A stretch of 64,000 nt of DNA from assembly GCA_016703005.1 (NCBI GenBank), contig JADJCX010000033.1, positions 297,767 through 361,766 of the forward strand. Direction: 5' to 3'. Positions 59,045 through 64,000 of this stretch are shown one piece after another (position 1 is the first letter of the stretch; every line of letters begins with the position of its first letter). A model generated the notes under the pieces. That model saw nothing but the letters and a program-made list of their open reading frames with translations, ran no database searches and had not been told where the DNA came from. This DNA is from Flavobacteriales bacterium (GTDB lineage Bacteria; Bacteroidota; Bacteroidia; Flavobacteriales_F; PHOS-HE28). Both the position numbers and the translations under genes were made by a program.

Positions 59045-60414
59045 TCAGCGCACCAGCGCCACATGCCCGAGCAACTCGCGGCGTTGCGTCGGTTCCGCCA
59101 ACAGCTGCGCCTTCACCTGCACCACATAGATGCCACTGGGTACTTCATCGGCACTCCATGATGCACCCGATGTGCCGTTGAAGAGCGCCTGCCCCCAACG
59201 GTCGAAGACCACGAACTCCAAGGACCAAACGCGCGGGTCGTAAACGGGTGCGAAGTTGTCGTTCATGTCGTCGTGGTTCGGGGTGAAGGCGTTGGGCAGG
59301 TAGATGCCGTCCGGACATTCCTCGCTGACGACCAGCACGCTATCGATAGCGCCTCCGCAGGTGTTGCTCACCGTGGCGTAGTACAGCCCGGGCCCGTGGA
59401 TGGTGCGGTCGGTGCCAATAGTACCATCATCCCACACCACCGTGGTTCCGGCATCGGCAAACGCATGCAGCACATCGTTCGTTCCGCTGCACAGTGTACG
59501 GTCAGCACCGAGTTCCAAGTAGGGGAGCGGCACCAGCCCCACCACCACGGTGTCCGTGAATTCACAATCGCCCACGCTCACCTGCACGCTGTACGTGCCC
59601 GGACTTGTCACGGTACGTTGCGCGGTGGTGACGCCGTCGTTCCACAGCGTTGCCGTTGCACCCGGCACGGTAGCATCCAGTATATAGGAGCCGCCGCAAA
59701 GGGCAGTGTCGGGCCCCAAGTCCAGCTCATCGAGCACGGGCACCAGCGACACATCATCCACCAAGAGGTAGGCTTGCTCCGTAACCACACACCGGGGTTG
59801 AACATCGCCCAGGTGGTGTTCGCATCGTTGCGGAAGTTGCCGATGGTAAGGTGTGTTTCGCCGCCACCGGCCGTGTACGTGCCGCTGACTTCCGTCCAGC
59901 CCAGCGTATCGGTTATGAGCACGCCAAGCGGGTGGTCGATCTGTGGTGTCAGCGCCAAGACAAAGGGACTATTGCTGCTCACGGGTCCTACGCTGAAGTG
60001 CGCCCCGATACCATCGCAGGCCAGTTCGAATTCGTTCGGCATGTTCACGTACATGCTGAAGGTGTAACACGAGCCGGCCACGAGGGGTTGCAACAACGGC
60101 ACTTCGATGTACTCGCGCATTTGCGGCACACCCACGCGGAAGGTGTAGATGCCCGCAAAGCCTACACCCGTCCGCGCATACTGAAAACCGCCGCTGTAGT
60201 TGAGCGGCACCCCAGCGAAATCGCCGTTCGGCGCGCAGCCGTGGTAGAGCTCCGGCGTGCCTTGCGTGGGGTTGTACCACGGCGCGGCAAGGTTCAGCAT
60301 GCTTGCGAACGTGGGGCAGCTGGTAACGGTCTCGAAGCTGGGGTTGGGCACCAGATTCTGCGTGCGCGCACCCAGCGCGCAGAACAAGCCTGCCGAAAGA
60401 GCCACGTACCGCAT
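59045..60414 (-). CDS. Secreted protein with a T9SS type B (gliding-motility-associated, CHU_C) C-terminal sorting domain, with a frameshift near 59794-59797
   Basis: The N-terminal ORF (60414-59608) has a signal peptide. The C-terminal ORF (59788-59045) ends in IYLPNAFTPNHDDMNDNF...SGIYVVQVKA. One extra G in the G4 run at 59794-59797 fuses them (...AMFNPRCVVTEQAYLLVDDVSL...). Confidence 0.6.
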
Positions 60415-60471
60415 TCGGCAAGAAGACGCTGCTACTTCCCCGATCGTTGCCGAAGGGTGATGAACTGTTGT

Positions 60472-61236
60472 CTAATGCAGCCCTTTCAGGAATCCACGCA
60501 CAGCATCGTTGAACACCCGAGGCGCTTCCACGTTGCTCAGGTGCGCCACATCGGGGATGACGAGCAGGTTGCTCCCGGGGATGGCCTTGGCCATCGCTTC
60601 GCTTTCGCTGGGCGGTATGGCCGTATCGGCCGTGCCGGTGATGATGAGCGTTGGCACCCTGATGGTCGCCAATTGCGGTGTCCGGTCGGGCCGCGCAGCG
60701 ATGCCGCGCAATGCGGCGACAATACCGGCCGGTGGTTGTCGCGCCATCATGTACTTGGTGGCGGCGGCTATCGCCGGTTGCGTAGTGATGGTCGCAGCGG
60801 TGAGCATCTTCGGTAGCATGGCTTCGGCGAGCGGGGCCGAACCAGCTTTCTCGACGTTCTCCGCAGTGACCGCTCGGCCTGCGCGTGCCTCGTCGTTGTC
60901 CGGGGTTGCGCGGGTATTGCAGAGGATCAAGCCTTTCACCGCATCGGGGTAACGCGCGTGGAAGGCGAGCGCGATATAGCCGCCCATCGACAGGCCGCAG
61001 ACCACCGCTTGCTTGATGTCCAACTTGTCCAGGAGATCCTTCAGGTCCGTGGCATAGTCGTCCATGCTCATGGTGTCCAGCGCCGCGCCCGATGCACCGA
61101 AACCGCTCAGGTCGGGTGCGATCATACGGGCCACATCCGGCAGGCCATCAAGCTGCGGTTGCCACAGCGAGCGGTCGTGCGGGAACCCATGAATGAGGAG
61201 GAGCGGAGTGCCTTGGCCTTGGTCGGTGTATTCCAT
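60472..61236 (-). CDS. Alpha/beta-hydrolase fold protein
   Basis: HGFPHD N-terminus and the nucleophile elbow GLSMGG. Confidence 0.8.
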   Translation of the reverse strand: MEYTDQGQGTPLLLIHGFPHDRSLWQPQLDGLPDVARMIAPDLSGFGASGAALDTMSMDDYATDLKDLLDKLDIKQAVVCGLSMGGYIALAFHARYPDAVKGLILCNTRATPDNDEARAGRAVTAENVEKAGSAPLAEAMLPKMLTAATITTQPAIAAATKYMMARQPPAGIVAALRGIAARPDRTPQLATIRVPTLIITGTADTAIPPSESEAMAKAIPGSNLLVIPDVAHLSNVEAPRVFNDAVRGFLKGLH

Positions 61237-61401
61237 GTTGGTACGTCAATGCTACGCACGGAACCACCAGTTCAGGCCCGTTCATTCGCCGACTGCCGTT
61301 CCCGCATGCCTTGTCAGGCGCTGCGTTGAGCCACCATGGCTCATGGTTCCCCCTGCCTGTCATGCCGAACACGGGGCACCATTGTTGGCCGAACAGGCGC
61401 A

Positions 61402-62517
61402 ATGAACGACCCACGCTATATCACCACGGAGCCTTGGCAGAAGCAATTCGCCAGCACGGTGCGCAAGAATGTCAACACGTACTTCAAGGAGCGCGGTCTG
61501 TCCACGAAAGGGGATGGGCGCTTGGTGGTGAAGACCATTGCCATGCTCGCGATTTACCTCGTGCCGTTCGTGCTGTTGCTCACCTTGCCCATCAGCGGGT
61601 GGTGGGCGCTGCCGTTCGCGGCGCTCATGGGCATCGGCATGGCAGGCATCGGTATGAGCGTGATGCACGATGCCGTGCACGGCTCGGCCAGCAGCCATCA
61701 ATGGATCAACAAGATGATGGGCAGCAGTATGTACCTGCTCGGCAGCAACGTGCTCACTTGGAAGATCCAGCACAATGTGAAACACCACACGCACACCAAC
61801 GTGAGCGAGATGGACCACGACATCGATTCGCGCGGCCCGCTGCGGTTCAGCGAACATGTGAAACTGCGGTGGATACACCGGTTCCAGCATGTGAGCGCAT
61901 TCTTCCTGTACGGCCTGCTTACGTTGGCCAAGTTGGTGAACGACTTCTTCATGCTCGTTCAGTTCGGCAAGGAAGGGCACCTCGCGAAGCAGGGCAAGGA
62001 CACGCGCCGAGAGGTGGTGAAGCTCGCCTTCATGAAGGCCGGTTACCTGGCCATCTTCATCGGCTTGCCGCTCATCTTCTCAGCACTCGCCTGGTGGCAG
62101 GTGTTGCTCGGCTTCCTCATCATGCACATCATTGCCGGTGTCATCCTTGGCGTCGTGTTCCAATTGGCGCACGTGGTGGAAGGCGCCGACCAGCCGGTGC
62201 CTGATGAGAACGATACGATCCACACGGATTGGGCTGTCCACGAAGTGCTCACCACCGCCGACTTCGCGCGCAACAACCGCTTCCTGAACTGGTACGTCGG
62301 TGGTCTCAACTTCCAGATCGAGCACCATCTCTTCCCGCACATCTGCCATGTGCACTACCGAAAGATCGCGCCCATTGTCGAACGTACTGCGCGCGAATTC
62401 GGCTTGACGTACAATCTGAAGCCTACGCTCTTCGCTGCGCTCGCATCGCATGTGCGCCGCTTGAGGACGCTCGGTCGACCGCAGTTGGTCCCGGTGGTCG
62501 TGCCATCAAAGGGCTGA
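61402..62517 (+). CDS. Membrane fatty-acid desaturase family protein
   Basis: His boxes HDAVHG, HNVKHH and QIEHHLFP, with four TM segments. Start trimmed to MNDPRY. Confidence 0.85.
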   Translation: MNDPRYITTEPWQKQFASTVRKNVNTYFKERGLSTKGDGRLVVKTIAMLAIYLVPFVLLLTLPISGWWALPFAALMGIGMAGIGMSVMHDAVHGSASSHQWINKMMGSSMYLLGSNVLTWKIQHNVKHHTHTNVSEMDHDIDSRGPLRFSEHVKLRWIHRFQHVSAFFLYGLLTLAKLVNDFFMLVQFGKEGHLAKQGKDTRREVVKLAFMKAGYLAIFIGLPLIFSALAWWQVLLGFLIMHIIAGVILGVVFQLAHVVEGADQPVPDENDTIHTDWAVHEVLTTADFARNNRFLNWYVGGLNFQIEHHLFPHICHVHYRKIAPIVERTAREFGLTYNLKPTLFAALASHVRRLRTLGRPQLVPVVVPSKG

Positions 62518-62582
62518 TCCTGGCCGAACGCTGACGTCCGCTGTTTGAAGACGTGTTGATCGGCACTTCACATCCGAAGTCG

Positions 62583-62999
62583 TCAACGCCGCGATGCCTC
62601 GAGCCGCGCTTGCAGATCTTGCGCTGCTTCGGGACTTGTCCCGATCTTGATGAAGTCCTCTTGCAGAACCCCGTTCAGGAAGCGCAGTATGAACCCATCG
62701 TGCGTTGGTTCAATGGTTTTCACCTTCGGGAACGGGACATGGAACGATGGACCGAAGTCGAAGCGTAGTGCATTGTACAGCTTGAAACAACCCAAGCCGA
62801 TAAGGCCCACGGTCAACATGAACGAGTACCCGAAATGGCTGCTTTCGTTCAACCCGATCACCAGCCCACCGCCTAGCACCAGTGCCGCTCCGATGGCGAC
62901 GTGGACCCCGTGCAGCGCAGTTTTTCCGGCGGTCCGTTCAGGTGCTTGTTCAGCCTCCTGCCAATTGCCCGAGCGCGTGAAGCAGATGCGGTCGTCCAT
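62583..62999 (-). CDS. Hypothetical membrane protein
   Basis: Track ORF trimmed to MDDRICF. Two TM helices (GVHVAIGAALVLGGGLVIG and FMLTVGLIGLGCF). No recognisable domain. Confidence 0.3.
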   Translation of the reverse strand: MDDRICFTRSGNWQEAEQAPERTAGKTALHGVHVAIGAALVLGGGLVIGLNESSHFGYSFMLTVGLIGLGCFKLYNALRFDFGPSFHVPFPKVKTIEPTHDGFILRFLNGVLQEDFIKIGTSPEAAQDLQARLEASRR

Positions 63000-63064
63000 C
63001 AAGTTGATGAAGCCATGCGCGTGCTTGTGGTAGGAGCGGGGCATGGCCGCAAAGGAAGCCCGGT

Positions 63065-63466
63065 CTACGGTTTCGGTGGCGTCGTCATGGAGCAGCCCGA
63101 CGGCTTGCGGTGCTTCAGGAAGAGTTCCACATCCATGAGTTCCTGCCGCGAGATGAAGGTCTCGTGCAATGGCTTGCGGTGCGAAGGGTAGCGCATGCGC
63201 AGCATGTAGCCGATCAGTTGGTCGCGCGTGAAATCGGGAATGACCTTCTTGCCGTTCACCACTTGGGTATGGCAACCGGAGCAGTTGATCTCATACAGCG
63301 CATGGCCGCGCTGGAACTGCTCATCGAAGGCCGGTCGCATCTCCGCGGTCACCACCTTGGGGTAGGTGAAGGGCACTTCCTTTTTGCCGGCGCATTGCTG
63401 CAACGCGAGCATCACCGTCAGCACGCTGATCGTGCAGATCGCTTTGGTGGTGCGGGTGCGTTGCAT
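63065..63466 (-). CDS. Mono-haem cytochrome c family lipoprotein
   Basis: Lipobox-like MLALQQCAG and the haem-binding motif CSGCH. Confidence 0.5.
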   Translation of the reverse strand: MQRTRTTKAICTISVLTVMLALQQCAGKKEVPFTYPKVVTAEMRPAFDEQFQRGHALYEINCSGCHTQVVNGKKVIPDFTRDQLIGYMLRMRYPSHRKPLHETFISRQELMDVELFLKHRKPSGCSMTTPPKP

Positions 63467-63476
63467 GCTACAAAGG

Positions 63477-64000
63477 TCAGTAGAGGCCACCGGGCTTTCG
63501 TGCGTTCAGCGCCTTGTTCTTCGAGGCGGGCAACGTTGCAGGCACCGTTTCCTTCGGCACAGCTTCGGTAAGGGAGTTCATGAAGATGCGCAGTTGCCGC
63601 TTCTCCAGTGGCGTCAGGTGCAGCGAGTCCGATGAGAGCGTCTGGTTCGGCACATCGAGTCCATGACCGGCACCACCACCGGCGTCGTAGAAGTCGATCA
63701 CTTGGTCCAATGTGCGGAAGGCGCCGTTGTGCATATAGGGCCCGGTGTATTGGTTGTTGCGCAGCGATCCCGTGCGGAAGGCGCGATGCGTTTCGGGTGC
63801 AGGATTGACGCCGAATCGGCCGAGATCGTTGCTCAGTGCCGTTCCGGTGCTGTCGCTCGGTGTCCCCAGCACTTCGAACTCGCTGCCCACGAACGGCGGC
63901 TTCACGCCATTGAACTGCGGTACGAAATGACACGTGGCGCACTGCGCTTTGCTCATGAAGAGGTTAAAGCCCGCGTGCGCATCGGGGCTGATGGTGCCAC
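63477..64000 (-). CDS. Di-haem cytochrome c peroxidase (CCP/MauG family), C-terminal part; the 5' end lies beyond the window
   Basis: Second haem site CATCH and the conserved CCP C-terminal region (...GPYMHNGAFRTLDQVIDFYDAGGG...). The frame remains open to position 64000. Confidence 0.8.
   Translation of the reverse strand, partial: GTISPDAHAGFNLFMSKAQCATCHFVPQFNGVKPPFVGSEFEVLGTPSDSTGTALSNDLGRFGVNPAPETHRAFRTGSLRNNQYTGPYMHNGAFRTLDQVIDFYDAGGGAGHGLDVPNQTLSSDSLHLTPLEKRQLRIFMNSLTEAVPKETVPATLPASKNKALNARKPGGLY

Overview
This 64 kb window is chromosomal DNA from a GC-rich (~60-65%) member of the Bacteroidota. The phylum assignment rests on several proteins ending in T9SS type A and type B C-terminal sorting domains, LPP20/CsgG-like and DUF4476 lipoproteins, SBBP and delta-60 repeats, and TAnnTTTG-like -7 promoter boxes. 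About 80% of it is ordinary housekeeping content. This includes pfkA, a GH20 hexosaminidase, rpsP-rimM, pckA, miaA, a CCA-adding enzyme, dapD, ruvX, def, pyrC, a fused BCKDH-type E1 alpha/beta subunit, a fatty-acid desaturase and a di-haem cytochrome c peroxidase at the 3' edge. The region that most deserves a second look is a low-GC island of about 3 kb (45.2-48.1 kb) wedged between the E1 gene and a tRNA. It holds an IS3-family element, a 366-aa TIR-domain protein with an uncharacterised C-terminal domain (a candidate antiphage or abortive-infection effector), and a tRNA whose anticodon reads UAU on an ileX-like (tRNA-Ile2) backbone. Just downstream (48.6-49.6 kb) a cupin gene and an array of about twelve 21-bp tandem repeats, ending in a perfect 20-bp palindrome (GCTGACATGTACATGTCAGC), are bracketed by ~22-bp direct repeats and look like an iteron or operator array. 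Further on, the 3' end of a D-Ala-D-Ala dipeptidase gene (ddpX) is present three times. In two of the three copies it is followed by one member of a pair of novel paralogous secreted proteins with dockerin-like NGDG...NNDRDPIL repeats. An Fe(3+)-type ABC importer operon is decayed, with an in-frame TAG in the binding-protein gene and two frameshifts in the permease. At least eight genes carry single-base frameshifts, mostly at G/C homopolymers in both directions, so the assembly probably contains homopolymer indel errors and individual pseudogene calls should be treated cautiously. No CRISPR array, rRNA or prophage was seen. Several large antisense ORFs in the track are GC-rich artefacts.
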